Part shown: one piece after another, positions 9,522 to 19,923 of the stretch
How positions within the stretch are numbered: the stretch's first letter is position 1
Layout: every line of letters starts with the position of its first letter
NCBI GenBank assembly: GCA_040390065.1
Contig: JAZJZE010000011.1
Coordinates: 64,001-128,000, forward strand
Direction: 5' to 3'
DNA: 64,000 nt
From: a bacterium
GTDB taxonomy: Archaea; Thermoplasmatota; E2; JACPAO01; JAHFTW01
Program-made: the position numbers and the translations under genes
The notes under the pieces: generated by a model
Databases searched by the model: none
Seen by the model: the letters and a program-made list of their open reading frames with translations, nothing else
What the model was told of the DNA's origin: nothing

Positions 9522-12500
9522 TTGTCGGCCAAATCCGTGCAGACGGAATCTCTTGGCCAGCCAACGGGCAGTCATGGAACGGTAGCTGCCTCGGCCAGGT
9601 CGATTATTCTTGCCGCATTGCTGCTGATGTGCCTTGCGATTGCCCTTGTTCTGCTTGTTCCGCAAGCAAGCGCCACACCCGTTGCGCCCGTACCCGACTC
9701 GCCGGCCGAGAACTCCGTTCCTCCAATCTACAACGACGGCGACGGTACCTACGTGATTGCCACGTGGGACCACGCCATCCCGTGTCGGAACGGAATCTAC
9801 ATGGCAGCGTCATATGGCCTGGGAGGCGGCTACGCCGGATCCGACATTGGGTCGACCTGCACCGGCCACATCTGGGCCGGATGCGGATCAACATGGAGGG
9901 TGAAATACCAAGACTCCAGCGGGTGGAGTGCGTGGAGTGAACTCCGACACTACGGAGGATCATGTGAAACCCCGCCGCTGCCGCCGCCACCGCCTCCACC
10001 GGCCCCGCCGACGCCGCCCCCCGAATGGGGGCCAACGCCGCCAAGTCCCGACTGCTCGGATGGAATCGACGACGACGGCGATGGAATGACCGATGCCGCG
10101 GATCCTGGCTGCACCGGAGACCCCACGCATACAGAAGCGCCCTGGAATGCCCCCGAGCCAACGCCGGCCGGTCCGAGCCAGTGTAACGATGGCATCGACA
10201 ACGATGGCGACGGGTACGTCGACATGCAGGACCCAAGCTGCGACTACAACCACATGTCCACGGAATCCCCGGTCAACGCGGCGCCGCCGCCCCCGGAATG
10301 CGGGGATGGCATTGACAACGACGGCGACGGATACGCAGACAGCAATGACCCGGAATGCCAACATGAGCCCTACACGGTCGAGTCGCCCTGGAACGCGCCT
10401 CCCCAATGCACCGACGGGACTGACGATGACGGCGATGGCCTGATTGACGCCGCCGACCCCGGCTGCGGCTACTATCCCTTCGACCGTGAAGACACCCCGG
10501 CACCACCGCCGAGTCCAATCCTTTCTATTTCGGGAGAATGCGGGCCCCAGCCCGGTCGGATTGTCCTGACATGGACAGCACAAAACACGAACGACGTAAC
10601 CTTGCACCGCATCACCGGCTCCGGCACGACCCTAGCAACCTCCGCGCCGCCATCCCCAATTACAGATGACAGGACTGTTATCGGGACCGTCTATTACTAC
10701 AGCCTCAGTGCCCCGTGGAACGGCAACACGATTTACAGCAACCAAGTCAGCGTGACGGCCGGCCGCCCCCCCGACACGCCGACGGGCGTCACAGCCACCG
10801 CCCAATCCCCTGGCACATCAATCCATCTCACATGGACGCCCGGAAGCACCGGCGGATGCGAACCAGTAACGTACAATGTTTACGGCTCCAGCTACGCCAG
10901 CGGAACGTTTGAGATCCTTGCCAAGGACCTCACGACTCCCGAGTACACGCAGTCTTCTTTGCCGCCGGGTACCTGGCGCTTCTACCGCGTCTCTGCCCAG
11001 AACCCCACAGGCGGCAGTGCCCAGTCCGACCTAGCATATGCACGGACATGGGATGCAGCCACCCCGCCAACGAAATTCCACGTCCAACCCGGTGACAAAC
11101 AACTGGTATTGACCTGGTCAGGACCATCGTCGAGCGGCGGGGGAACGATTACCGGTTACAGGCTCTCGGGAGCGCACCCCGGCGATTCGATGACCGTCCT
11201 GCACGACGGCGCAAGCTGGTACTCACCCACCGCCAGCGGCTACACCTACCCCCACACCGGTCTGACCTACGACGAGACCTGGGATTACGACATCGAGGCC
11301 ACAACCGGGGTTGGTAATGGCGGCTCGGCCACGGACAGCGCAAAGACATTCGGCGTTCCGGCCATTCCCATGCACATCATTGGCAAGGCCGGCACCGCGG
11401 CCGGCCAGATTGCCCTAACCTGGCAACCTCCTAACATGGACGGGGGGTATCCCGTCACCAAATATTCGGTCTTCCGAGGTCTCAGCGACGCCCTCTGTTC
11501 GACAACCTTCCTCGGGGATGTCACCGACCTGTCGACCTTGCCGTTCGTCGATTCCGGGCTCGCGGCCGGCATAACTTACTCCTTCTGCGTGGACGCCACC
11601 AACGAAGCCGGTCCGGGCAAGACAGGGGTCGTCCGCGTGACGCCACCAGAGCGGCCATCGCCCCCACGGGATTTGCAGGCCGCCCTCGACACGCCAAACA
11701 CGAAGTTGACGTGGCTCGTCCCCCTAACGGACGGAGGTTCACCGCTCACCGGCTACGGCCTGTACACTTCGCCCGACGGTACCACGTACACAGGGCCGAC
11801 GATGCTGCCCGTTGCACCCCTGAGCTATTCTAGCCTTCCGTGCAGTGCGAGTTGTCACTACTATGTCACCGCCTGGAACATCTACGGAGAGAGCCAGCCC
11901 TCCAACATCGTGCCAGCTGTCGCAACGTTTCCGCAAGAATCCATCAGAGGAACGACGCCTGGTACTGGCATGAAGCTCAAGCAGACCCTCAACTGCGGCG
12001 TGGAACAGAACGAAACCATCAACGCCGTGACCGGTCAATTCGTCGCTTCCCTGTGCGTCATGACTGCCCGGTCCGAATACAAGGGCATGAATTTGACGAT
12101 TCTTGCCACCCACCGTTCTGACTCGTTGTCCTCAGACTTCATTGGCAAGAATTGGTTCTTATCCATTGACCGCCGGCTCGATTTCGTCACACAAGGAATC
12201 ATCCTGAACGACGGAACCGGAAGGCTGGACGGATTCCTTGAGACCTCCCCCGGCGTCTACAAGTCCCCCCCGGGCTTCTACGAGACGCTCACACCCACTG
12301 CCAGTGGTTACGACCTTGTGCATGTCGGCGGCATCACGGAGAAGTTTGATTCGCACGGCCTGCGGACCAAGGTAGAGGACGTTTTCGGCAACTCAATCCG
12401 GTTCTCGTACGCAGACGGAAAAATCGTCGAGATTACGGACGCCCACGATCGCATTACCCGGCTCCAGTACGACGGGGACAGGCTTGCAACAATCACTGAC

Positions 12501-15500
12501 TTCGATGGTCGGGTAACTGAATTCGCGTACGGCGGCGACGACCTAGCGGGAATCAAGCTCCCGGCGGCCACTGCCGATGGCCCCGCCACCACGCACGAGT
12601 TCACGTACACGCCCCAGCACAATGTCCGGGCCGTCAAGGATCCCGCAGGGCACGTTTACATCACGAATTCGTACGATGCCCTGGACCGCGTATCGGACCA
12701 AAGCGATGGAACGTCGTCGTTCCGTCTGACCTACACGCCAAGCCAGTCTACCACGACGGTCACGGACAGAAACGGAAACATCGTCGGCTGGGGCTACTCC
12801 GGCGTCTTGCCGATCTTCAAGAAGACATACATGAACCGCGGTGTAGCGCCCGACCAGCTTCTGGAATACGACACCAGCTTCACGACGACCGCGGACCTCG
12901 AAATCAGCCAGATTCTGCAGGCGGATGGCATTCAAACCTCCTTCACGTTCGACAGTGCAGCATCAGCTGCGTTGCCTCATGGAAACCTCAGGAGGCAAGA
13001 GATTGCCGCGCCGTCCGGGGCGGGTCTCGCTCCCCTAGTTGCCACGTACGACTACGAGCCACTCTACCAAAACGTCCGCTCTGTTACAGCGCCCGAAGGA
13101 AACGACGCCACCTACGTGCCCCAAAACGGGGGATCTACTTCTCCGGCACGGTACACGACGACCTACTACTACGGCGACGACGAGGTCACCATGGGCGACT
13201 TGAACGGCGACGGCATTGCCACCGGCGAGCCCCACGGCAGGCCAGTGCGCATCGTTCACCCTCTCCTCAATCCGACAGGCTCACCCTCGCCCCTCACGGA
13301 TGGCTACCAGCCGCAAATTGAATGCATCCAATACAATGCGCACGGCCAGGAAACACAACACATCTACCCAGACGGGCGCCTTGTCGGCACCCTCTACTAC
13401 AAGTCGAACGGAATCCCTGGTGACCCATCCGACCAGGAAGGTTTCGTCTTCGCAGCCCTCGAATACTGGGATGCCGATACATCGTCGTGCGCCCCCCTGA
13501 GTAGCGGCTCGATGGCCGCGATGGCGTCGCCCGCAGCGCCCGAGAGCGACCAGCCCCAGACGCCTGTCGGGGAATTCCTGAACTGGACATACACGTACGA
13601 CAATTCCGGGAACCTCCTGACGCAAACGGACCCCACCGGCAACGTGACCACGTTCGAGTATGACCGCCTGAACCGGATGACTCGAACAGTCCTCCCCGGA
13701 CCCGCAAAGGCCGACATCAAATTCTCATATGACGCAGATGGAAACCTCGTTACTCGCCAGACGAAGAACTCCGTCCAACTGCCAGATGGAAGCATTGCAA
13801 CGGACCCTACCAACCCATACCTGACGGACACATTCGCCTACGACGCACTCGACCGGCGTACCGACGAATGGCTAAGCGCCGCTCGTCCCACTGGTGCAAT
13901 AGACAGCACAACGGCCCTGACCTTGCATGGCAAGTTCGGCTACGACAAGAACGGAAACCTCGTCATGGTGCGACGGGCTCCATCCGCCCAAGGAATTGAC
14001 GGAAACGACGCCACGACCTACATCTACGACGAACGAAACCAAATGCAATACGCCACTACGGGAGGCTTGAACCCGCTGTTCAGCCGCCTCGCCGCAAACA
14101 ATCAAGTCACCACGAGTGGCTTGACGGATCCATTTACGTTGTACTTGCACGATACGGCCGTGGCCAAGACCACGGCCCAGTGCATCTCCGATACGCAAGA
14201 GTGGACTCCGGGCGACATCATCGCGAACCCGGGAAAGGCTCCCCAAATTGTTTGCACCAGTCTCTATGCCTGCACCACGGGGTGTCCTGCGCCTACTTGT
14301 GTCTCAGTCCCCCCCAAGCTCCTGTGCGCGCCAGAACCTGTTTGCGCGGCCGGATCGCTGCTCGGCCTGTCAAATCCCGTCGACGTGACGTTGGCGCCGC
14401 CAACTCTGACGGCCAATCCGCCGCCTTGCGTCGCCGCTAGCCTCGGAGACACCATGGACCCCGCTTGGCCCACCAATCTCCGGCCTCAAACGGATCCCAT
14501 TCTCGTACCCGACGCCACGGGCGGCGCAAGCGCCCGCCTGGTCGTGGGCGAGACGCCGCTCCAGAATGCCAAGGTTTCCTGGACGTACACGCCCTCGCCG
14601 CCCTTGATGGTGCAGGACGCCCGCATCATGCTCGACTTCTGGGCGATGCAGACGGACACGACTACGACACCCAACACTTGGAAGGCTCGCCTCTACAGCG
14701 GAGCAACTCTATTGGCCTCCAACGACCCCGTCGCAGGAACGACGTTTTCCAATCGACCGATTGGAGAAGCCCACGAATACCGCATCGCCCTCGGGACGGC
14801 GTCCTTCACGGTGTCCTCCTTGCGGCTCGAAGTCGAGGCCGTCGGGGCCCAGCCGGGCCGCCTGGTTCTCATGGACTCGCCCCGCGCCCCTTCCCGCCTT
14901 GAGATTGGCACCGCCGCAACGACCAGCAACGACTACGATGCGGGCGGCCGAATATTACAACAAAGCGATTCGGATGCGCGTACGACCCGCAACGAGTATG
15001 ATGGCATGGGTCGTCCAACGACCATGACTGCGCCGGACGGAACACGCACGGTCCAGACGTACGATGCCTCGGGTCGGGTCGTTGACAAGAAGGTCTACGG
15101 CGCCACCAGCGGCATCGGTTTCCAGACAACTCCCGGGCCGTCTGTTCTGCTGGCTAAATCACGCCTCTTCTACGACGAAGCCGGCCGCCTGTTCCGCACT
15201 GACGTTGGCCGCTTCGACCCGACCACTGGCACCAACCTGCCAGATGCGGGCCTCTTCCCCGGCGATGGCTTCGCGTCAACCCTGGTCGATTACGATGCTG
15301 GTGGCCATCCAATCAAGGTGATCTCGGACACTGGAGCCACGCACGAGTACCAGTACAGCGGGCTCGGTCGCCTCACTTGGGAAAAGGATGTAGGCGAAAA
15401 CGAGGCCACCTACAGCTACGGAGCGAATGGGCGCCCAATGAAGATTGACGTGACGATGACAGAACTGGGCCCGGCAGGCACATGGACCCTGCCGGCACAC

Positions 15501-17996
15501 ACCGTCACGACGCTGCTCTCCTATGATTCCGCAGGCCATCTCGTCCGAACCGTGGACATCTTGGGCCAGGCAAGGAGGGCGGGTTACGACTCCAGGGGCA
15601 ACGTGGCCTGGACCACTGACACAGCGGGCCCGCTGTTGCCCGACGCTGCGGAGGCATACGACGGCTTCATCAACGCCGATGGCAACGTGGTAAGCTACAG
15701 CTACGACGGGAACAACCGGCTGATCGAAGTCCGGCGCGATCTCCACCAGGACGGCACGACTAACAGCGTGCTGACGGGCTACGTGTATACATTCCAGGAT
15801 TGGGACGCCGACGGGCGCCTCGCTGCAATCACGGACGACATGGGTCACAAGACGACCTACACTTACGACAGACTCAACAATGTCCTCCGCGAGACGATGG
15901 CCGACGGCACCGCGACCAACTATCTCTACGATGCAACGGGTCATGCCGTGCGCAGGACTGATGCCCTAGGCAACGCGGTGGCCATCGGCTTGACTGCGAC
16001 CGGCCTTCCTGCACGCGCAGCCGTAGCGGGGCCCGCTACCCTGTCGACGCTTCTGACCTACGAGTATGACGGCCTCGGGCGCGTGACGCGGGCAACGGAC
16101 AACAACAATCCTGGCCTTCCTGCGGACGATGCAACGACAGTCCTGCACTACGACTCGACCGGAATGCAGGTCGCCGACGTACAGAATGGGATGGGCGTTT
16201 CGCGGACGTACGACAGCGTTGGCCTCGCCACTGGCCTGACCTACCCCAACGGACGAGCCGTCCTCAAGGCGTACGACGCCGCGGGCCGCCTCACGCAAGT
16301 GGCCGATCCGGGAACGCCTCTGCCGAATCCGATTGTCAACTATGCCTACGGCACCATGCACCTCGGGATGAAGGACTATGGTGGGATGGCCACCTATTTC
16401 GGCTACGACAGTGCTGGCCGACTGGCAGGTATGACTGGGGCTCTGCATTATTCGTTCCAGTACGATCGCCAGGGGAGCGTCACTGGGGAAGTTAACTATG
16501 CATACCCTCACGAGAGCCGTGCAGCTTCCTATGACTCTCTGGGCCGACTCGTGGATGAGGACACGTCCAACTTCGCCAACCTCTACACAGTCTCGCCTCC
16601 GACGGACTACCAGGCGTCCCACATGACGTGGGAGCTTGACACGTCGAACGACTGGGTCCACCTCGCCTCCACACATGTGGCGGGTACGGCGACGGAGGCT
16701 AGGTCGCATGGCCCTGTCGACCAACTCAGGAGCATCACCGTGGACGGCGTCAAGACGACCTACACCACCTCCGCGGCCGGCAACCGGCTAACCGACGGCA
16801 CCCAGGCATACACCTGGGACGCGTTCAACCGCTTGCGCAGCGTGACGACCCTCGCGACCGGAATGGAGGCGGGCCACTACACGTACGACGCCCTCGGGCG
16901 GCGAACCTCAACCGTGACGCCGCTGGCAACGACGGCGTTCTACTACGACGGCCTCAACGTCATCGAAGAACGAAGCGGCACGGGAACGCTGCTCCGCCAG
17001 TTCGTCCACGGTTCGGAGGCAGACGAGCACGTCGTGCTCGACCGGAACCTGGACGGCGACAATTCGGCCACCGGCCCTCTTGACGAGCGTGTCTACTATC
17101 TGCAGGACCGCATGGGCAACGTCGTCGCCTTGGTCAGCTCCGGCACCGTGCGCGAACGCTACGTGTACGACCCGTATGGGCACATGGTCATCATCTCAAA
17201 CCTTGTCTTGCCCGCGGCGGCCATCCCGGTGTCCGCCTTCGACAACCCGTACACGTACACAGGGCAGCGTTTTGACTCCGAGAGCGGACTCTTCTACTAC
17301 AAGGCTCGATACTACGACGCGGAGGCAGGCCGGTTCCTCAGCCGTGATCCGGTTGGTGCATGGGGAACACCAAGCCTTGGGAACGGATACTCCTACGTTT
17401 CGAACATGCCGCTTCAGTTCCGGGACGCCACGGGCAAGATGTTCGGAATTGACGAGCTCGTATCTGGATTTGTTGGTGCGGCGAGTGGCCTTACGGTTCA
17501 CTTGCTTACAGATTGTTTTAGCGGAGATGGGTGCAATGACTCCCTCGGAAGCTATGTCAATGCCGCTGTGGATGGGGCGTGCCTTGGGGTGGCCGTGGAC
17601 GACGCGCCCGTTGGTGTCGGAATCGCGCTTGGGGCCACGTGCGGCGCCATTGGGAACATTGCGGGACAGGCAACCGACATCGCCACAGGGGCACAATGCG
17701 GACCGGACTTCAACAGTTTGGCGGTGGACACGGCGATGGGAGCCGTGAGCGGCGGCGTCGGTGCCAAGATGAAAATCAGGAAGGTTCACTTGAACGTGGG
17801 CGCGGGGAGCATGCGGGCGGTTGCGAAGGGAGCGCTCACCGCTCTGCGAAATGGAGGAATCCACGACCTGTCGTACAAGACCGTCGGGAAAATGTACGTG
17901 GCGACGCTGGTACCGACATTCATCACGGATGCCGGGTCGGATCTTACTGAGCCTGGCCTGGAATACCTTGTGGACCCGGGGCGTGCAGGTTGCTAG
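9522..17996 (+). CDS. RHS/YD-repeat polymorphic toxin (2824 aa): signal peptide, 4 CxDGxDxDGDG repeats, FN3 domains, DUF6531-like region, RHS core, variable C-terminus
   Basis: Hydrophobic signal ending PQASA; FN3 motifs (LTW..P...Y.VY, YRVSAQN); many YD repeats; core YTGQRFDSESGLFYYKARYYDAEAGRFLSRDPVG..NMPLQFRDATG; true start may be up to ~100 nt downstream. Confidence 0.93.
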   Translation: MSAKSVQTESLGQPTGSHGTVAASARSIILAALLLMCLAIALVLLVPQASATPVAPVPDSPAENSVPPIYNDGDGTYVIATWDHAIPCRNGIYMAASYGLGGGYAGSDIGSTCTGHIWAGCGSTWRVKYQDSSGWSAWSELRHYGGSCETPPLPPPPPPPAPPTPPPEWGPTPPSPDCSDGIDDDGDGMTDAADPGCTGDPTHTEAPWNAPEPTPAGPSQCNDGIDNDGDGYVDMQDPSCDYNHMSTESPVNAAPPPPECGDGIDNDGDGYADSNDPECQHEPYTVESPWNAPPQCTDGTDDDGDGLIDAADPGCGYYPFDREDTPAPPPSPILSISGECGPQPGRIVLTWTAQNTNDVTLHRITGSGTTLATSAPPSPITDDRTVIGTVYYYSLSAPWNGNTIYSNQVSVTAGRPPDTPTGVTATAQSPGTSIHLTWTPGSTGGCEPVTYNVYGSSYASGTFEILAKDLTTPEYTQSSLPPGTWRFYRVSAQNPTGGSAQSDLAYARTWDAATPPTKFHVQPGDKQLVLTWSGPSSSGGGTITGYRLSGAHPGDSMTVLHDGASWYSPTASGYTYPHTGLTYDETWDYDIEATTGVGNGGSATDSAKTFGVPAIPMHIIGKAGTAAGQIALTWQPPNMDGGYPVTKYSVFRGLSDALCSTTFLGDVTDLSTLPFVDSGLAAGITYSFCVDATNEAGPGKTGVVRVTPPERPSPPRDLQAALDTPNTKLTWLVPLTDGGSPLTGYGLYTSPDGTTYTGPTMLPVAPLSYSSLPCSASCHYYVTAWNIYGESQPSNIVPAVATFPQESIRGTTPGTGMKLKQTLNCGVEQNETINAVTGQFVASLCVMTARSEYKGMNLTILATHRSDSLSSDFIGKNWFLSIDRRLDFVTQGIILNDGTGRLDGFLETSPGVYKSPPGFYETLTPTASGYDLVHVGGITEKFDSHGLRTKVEDVFGNSIRFSYADGKIVEITDAHDRITRLQYDGDRLATITDFDGRVTEFAYGGDDLAGIKLPAATADGPATTHEFTYTPQHNVRAVKDPAGHVYITNSYDALDRVSDQSDGTSSFRLTYTPSQSTTTVTDRNGNIVGWGYSGVLPIFKKTYMNRGVAPDQLLEYDTSFTTTADLEISQILQADGIQTSFTFDSAASAALPHGNLRRQEIAAPSGAGLAPLVATYDYEPLYQNVRSVTAPEGNDATYVPQNGGSTSPARYTTTYYYGDDEVTMGDLNGDGIATGEPHGRPVRIVHPLLNPTGSPSPLTDGYQPQIECIQYNAHGQETQHIYPDGRLVGTLYYKSNGIPGDPSDQEGFVFAALEYWDADTSSCAPLSSGSMAAMASPAAPESDQPQTPVGEFLNWTYTYDNSGNLLTQTDPTGNVTTFEYDRLNRMTRTVLPGPAKADIKFSYDADGNLVTRQTKNSVQLPDGSIATDPTNPYLTDTFAYDALDRRTDEWLSAARPTGAIDSTTALTLHGKFGYDKNGNLVMVRRAPSAQGIDGNDATTYIYDERNQMQYATTGGLNPLFSRLAANNQVTTSGLTDPFTLYLHDTAVAKTTAQCISDTQEWTPGDIIANPGKAPQIVCTSLYACTTGCPAPTCVSVPPKLLCAPEPVCAAGSLLGLSNPVDVTLAPPTLTANPPPCVAASLGDTMDPAWPTNLRPQTDPILVPDATGGASARLVVGETPLQNAKVSWTYTPSPPLMVQDARIMLDFWAMQTDTTTTPNTWKARLYSGATLLASNDPVAGTTFSNRPIGEAHEYRIALGTASFTVSSLRLEVEAVGAQPGRLVLMDSPRAPSRLEIGTAATTSNDYDAGGRILQQSDSDARTTRNEYDGMGRPTTMTAPDGTRTVQTYDASGRVVDKKVYGATSGIGFQTTPGPSVLLAKSRLFYDEAGRLFRTDVGRFDPTTGTNLPDAGLFPGDGFASTLVDYDAGGHPIKVISDTGATHEYQYSGLGRLTWEKDVGENEATYSYGANGRPMKIDVTMTELGPAGTWTLPAHTVTTLLSYDSAGHLVRTVDILGQARRAGYDSRGNVAWTTDTAGPLLPDAAEAYDGFINADGNVVSYSYDGNNRLIEVRRDLHQDGTTNSVLTGYVYTFQDWDADGRLAAITDDMGHKTTYTYDRLNNVLRETMADGTATNYLYDATGHAVRRTDALGNAVAIGLTATGLPARAAVAGPATLSTLLTYEYDGLGRVTRATDNNNPGLPADDATTVLHYDSTGMQVADVQNGMGVSRTYDSVGLATGLTYPNGRAVLKAYDAAGRLTQVADPGTPLPNPIVNYAYGTMHLGMKDYGGMATYFGYDSAGRLAGMTGALHYSFQYDRQGSVTGEVNYAYPHESRAASYDSLGRLVDEDTSNFANLYTVSPPTDYQASHMTWELDTSNDWVHLASTHVAGTATEARSHGPVDQLRSITVDGVKTTYTTSAAGNRLTDGTQAYTWDAFNRLRSVTTLATGMEAGHYTYDALGRRTSTVTPLATTAFYYDGLNVIEERSGTGTLLRQFVHGSEADEHVVLDRNLDGDNSATGPLDERVYYLQDRMGNVVALVSSGTVRERYVYDPYGHMVIISNLVLPAAAIPVSAFDNPYTYTGQRFDSESGLFYYKARYYDAEAGRFLSRDPVGAWGTPSLGNGYSYVSNMPLQFRDATGKMFGIDELVSGFVGAASGLTVHLLTDCFSGDGCNDSLGSYVNAAVDGACLGVAVDDAPVGVGIALGATCGAIGNIAGQATDIATGAQCGPDFNSLAVDTAMGAVSGGVGAKMKIRKVHLNVGAGSMRAVAKGALTALRNGGIHDLSYKTVGKMYVATLVPTFITDAGSDLTEPGLEYLVDPGRAGC
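10053..10466 (+). repeat. Four intragenic CxDGxD(D/N)DGDGxxDxxDPxC repeats (putative Ca/metal-binding)
   Basis: CSDGIDDDGDGMTDAADPGC, CNDGIDNDGDGYVDMQDPSC, CGDGIDNDGDGYADSNDPEC, CTDGTDDDGDGLIDAADPGC. Confidence 0.85.
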
Positions 17997-18445
17997 CGGA
18001 ACGCCTTGAAGTGCATGGCAGCCGTTCACACTTGGTGGCCCTCTGCATCGTATATTTCCTCCCGATTGGAGCGGCGATGGTCGTGGCGGCCATGCGCAGC
18101 ATGCCTAGTCTGGCCTTGCTGGCTATTCTTCCAGCACCTCTTGTCACGTGGCACATCGTGAAGGTTGCCACGTACTCCGTCCTGCTTGACAGTCATTGGA
18201 TTTCCGTTCGTCATACATTTTTCGCTCGACGAATGGCATGGGATGATATTGAGTCCATGGAAATCTGGGGGTTCGGTTCCACCCGAGGCACTTCGCTATC
18301 GACTGGCTTCATTGTACGAGACTCGAAGGGGCGCAAGCTCGCGGTCTCCACCCGCATTCCCGACGGCAAGGACGCCAAGGCCGTCGTAGACTTCGTCGAA
18401 GCGCGCCTTGGCCGGCGGGGCGTCCGGGCCCGGTCGCGCGCCTAG
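17990..18445 (+). CDS. 2-TM + PH-like domain protein, candidate RHS immunity protein
   Basis: Overlaps the RHS stop; two hydrophobic helices followed by RRMAWDDIESME (bacterial PH-like pattern). Confidence 0.65.
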   Translation: MLAERLEVHGSRSHLVALCIVYFLPIGAAMVVAAMRSMPSLALLAILPAPLVTWHIVKVATYSVLLDSHWISVRHTFFARRMAWDDIESMEIWGFGSTRGTSLSTGFIVRDSKGRKLAVSTRIPDGKDAKAVVDFVEARLGRRGVRARSRA

Positions 18446-18643
18446 GGTCGGAAGCCTTCCCTGCGCCCCAGGCATGACGAATCTGCGGGTCTGGGCGCGA
18501 TAGCGTGGCGGCGCCGTCGACGCATGACCCGGGCGAATCCGGTGCCCAGCACCGTCCGGCGCCGGGCCACTCGTCCAGGCCGGCGGCACGGACCGGACGG
18601 TGGGGCCGCCCCCTGGGGCCACCCGGCCGGACCACTTTTGCGA

Positions 18644-18958
18644 GATGCTTACTGTATATGGTGCACGTGTTTGTGCATCTTCCACGAACGCCCGCATCGC
18701 GCTCACCATGCTCGCAGCCACCCTCCTGGCCCCCCAGGCCCAGGCGGCAAACGTCGTCATCCAATTCCCCGAGGAAGCCACCCTTGGAGAGATCTAGGCG
18801 GTCCCGGGGCTGCACATGGAGTCGCACCGGCCGTGTTCAACCACCCCGCAACCTCGTAGAGGTGCGCGACCCGGGACCTATCCCCGCTCAGGAAAGCACC
18901 GACACCAACGAGTGTGCGCCAATAGGGAAAACGTACTTCACCTCGCCGTGGGGCTCCG
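18644..18958 (+). pseudogene. Possible remnant of a secreted-protein gene
   Basis: Signal-like MLAATLLAPQAQAANVVIQFPEE, then in-frame TAG at 18795-18797; protein-like text resumes in another frame and runs into the tandem repeat. Confidence 0.3.
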
Positions 18959-19035
18959 CCACTCAGGCTTGCGTGAGACGCGTGGAGGTCTCCCACTCAG
19001 GCTTGCGTGAGACGCGTGGAGGTCTCCCACTCAGG
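18959..19035 (+). repeat. Perfect 34-bp tandem repeat, ~2.3 copies
   Basis: Unit ACTCAGGCTTGCGTGAGACGCGTGGAGGTCTCCC at 18961 and 18995, partial third copy at 19029; no spacers. Confidence 0.9.
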
Positions 19036-19054
19036 ATATCGCGCACGTCAGCCC

Positions 19055-19074
19055 GTTTCCGTCCGGACGGAAAC
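19055..19074. repeat. Perfect 20-bp palindrome GTTTCCGTCCGGACGGAAAC
   Basis: Identical to its own reverse complement. Confidence 0.9.
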
Positions 19075-19187
19075 CTAGCCGGCCGGTGACTCGCCCTATC
19101 CGTTCTGAAGAGTTGCGCCAGGTGGTTGGCTATGGCCGAGGCAGGCTATTGCGATTGTGAATGCCGGTGTCATCCGGCGCGGGCCAC

Positions 19188-19727
19188 CTAGTGGACCCGA
19201 ACAAAGCACGTATCGTCGACGAAGTCGCCGTCGGGGCCGTCGAAGACGGCTTCCACCGCAATTAGGCCGGGGGCGACGATGAGTGCCTCGACTTCGTGGT
19301 AGCCTTCCCCTGGCTCTAGCTTGTAGGCCCAAAATGCCTTCTTTAGCCACAGGAACCCCTCCCGATGCGGCGGATCTTGGCGTGTGCGCAGGACTTGCCT
19401 GTGCGCCACGGCTGGGGCCTTGGAGTAGTTGATGAAGGCGTTTTGTGGTGCACCCGCCGGTACGGCGCGCACGGTCACCAGTAAACCCTTGGCGCCGGGG
19501 CGAATGATGACCTTCCCAATATTCTTCAGCTGCACGTGGACGACCAAGAGGCGGAGACTAGCATTGTACGGCAACACGTCGGCCTTGACGCCGACTTGGA
19601 GATTCCACTTCGCGGTGCGCTCGCGCCCAAACTTCAGGTACGCCCACAGGCCACCGATCACGACGGCAAGCATCGTCACGACCTTGCTTGCGGCATCGAG
19701 GATCTTGTTCCACTCGTCCAGGTTCAC
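19188..19727 (-). CDS. Hypothetical membrane-anchored protein (179 aa)
   Basis: GGAGGTGGTGA RBS upstream of GTG; N-terminal TM VVTMLAVVIGGLWAYLKF followed by a beta-rich domain. Confidence 0.8.
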   Translation of the reverse strand: MNLDEWNKILDAASKVVTMLAVVIGGLWAYLKFGRERTAKWNLQVGVKADVLPYNASLRLLVVHVQLKNIGKVIIRPGAKGLLVTVRAVPAGAPQNAFINYSKAPAVAHRQVLRTRQDPPHREGFLWLKKAFWAYKLEPGEGYHEVEALIVAPGLIAVEAVFDGPDGDFVDDTCFVRVH

Positions 19728-19923
19728 AACTATTCACCACCTCCAAGCCTCAAGACACCGTTGGCTACGTCCGGCCCAAATCAGGCTCGGGAGTCGGCTG
19801 GGCAGCAGGGACGAAAGCGTCGTGATATCCCTTCCGAGGATAGGGCAGGCCGCACCGCCGCCCGGCGTGACAGTGCACATGTCTGGGAAGGTTTGGAATG
19901 AAGGGAAAAGGTGCGAGGCACGC

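Noticed and set aside
18959-19035. CRISPR array
   Set aside because: The repeat units are directly adjacent with no spacers, and no cas genes are in the window.
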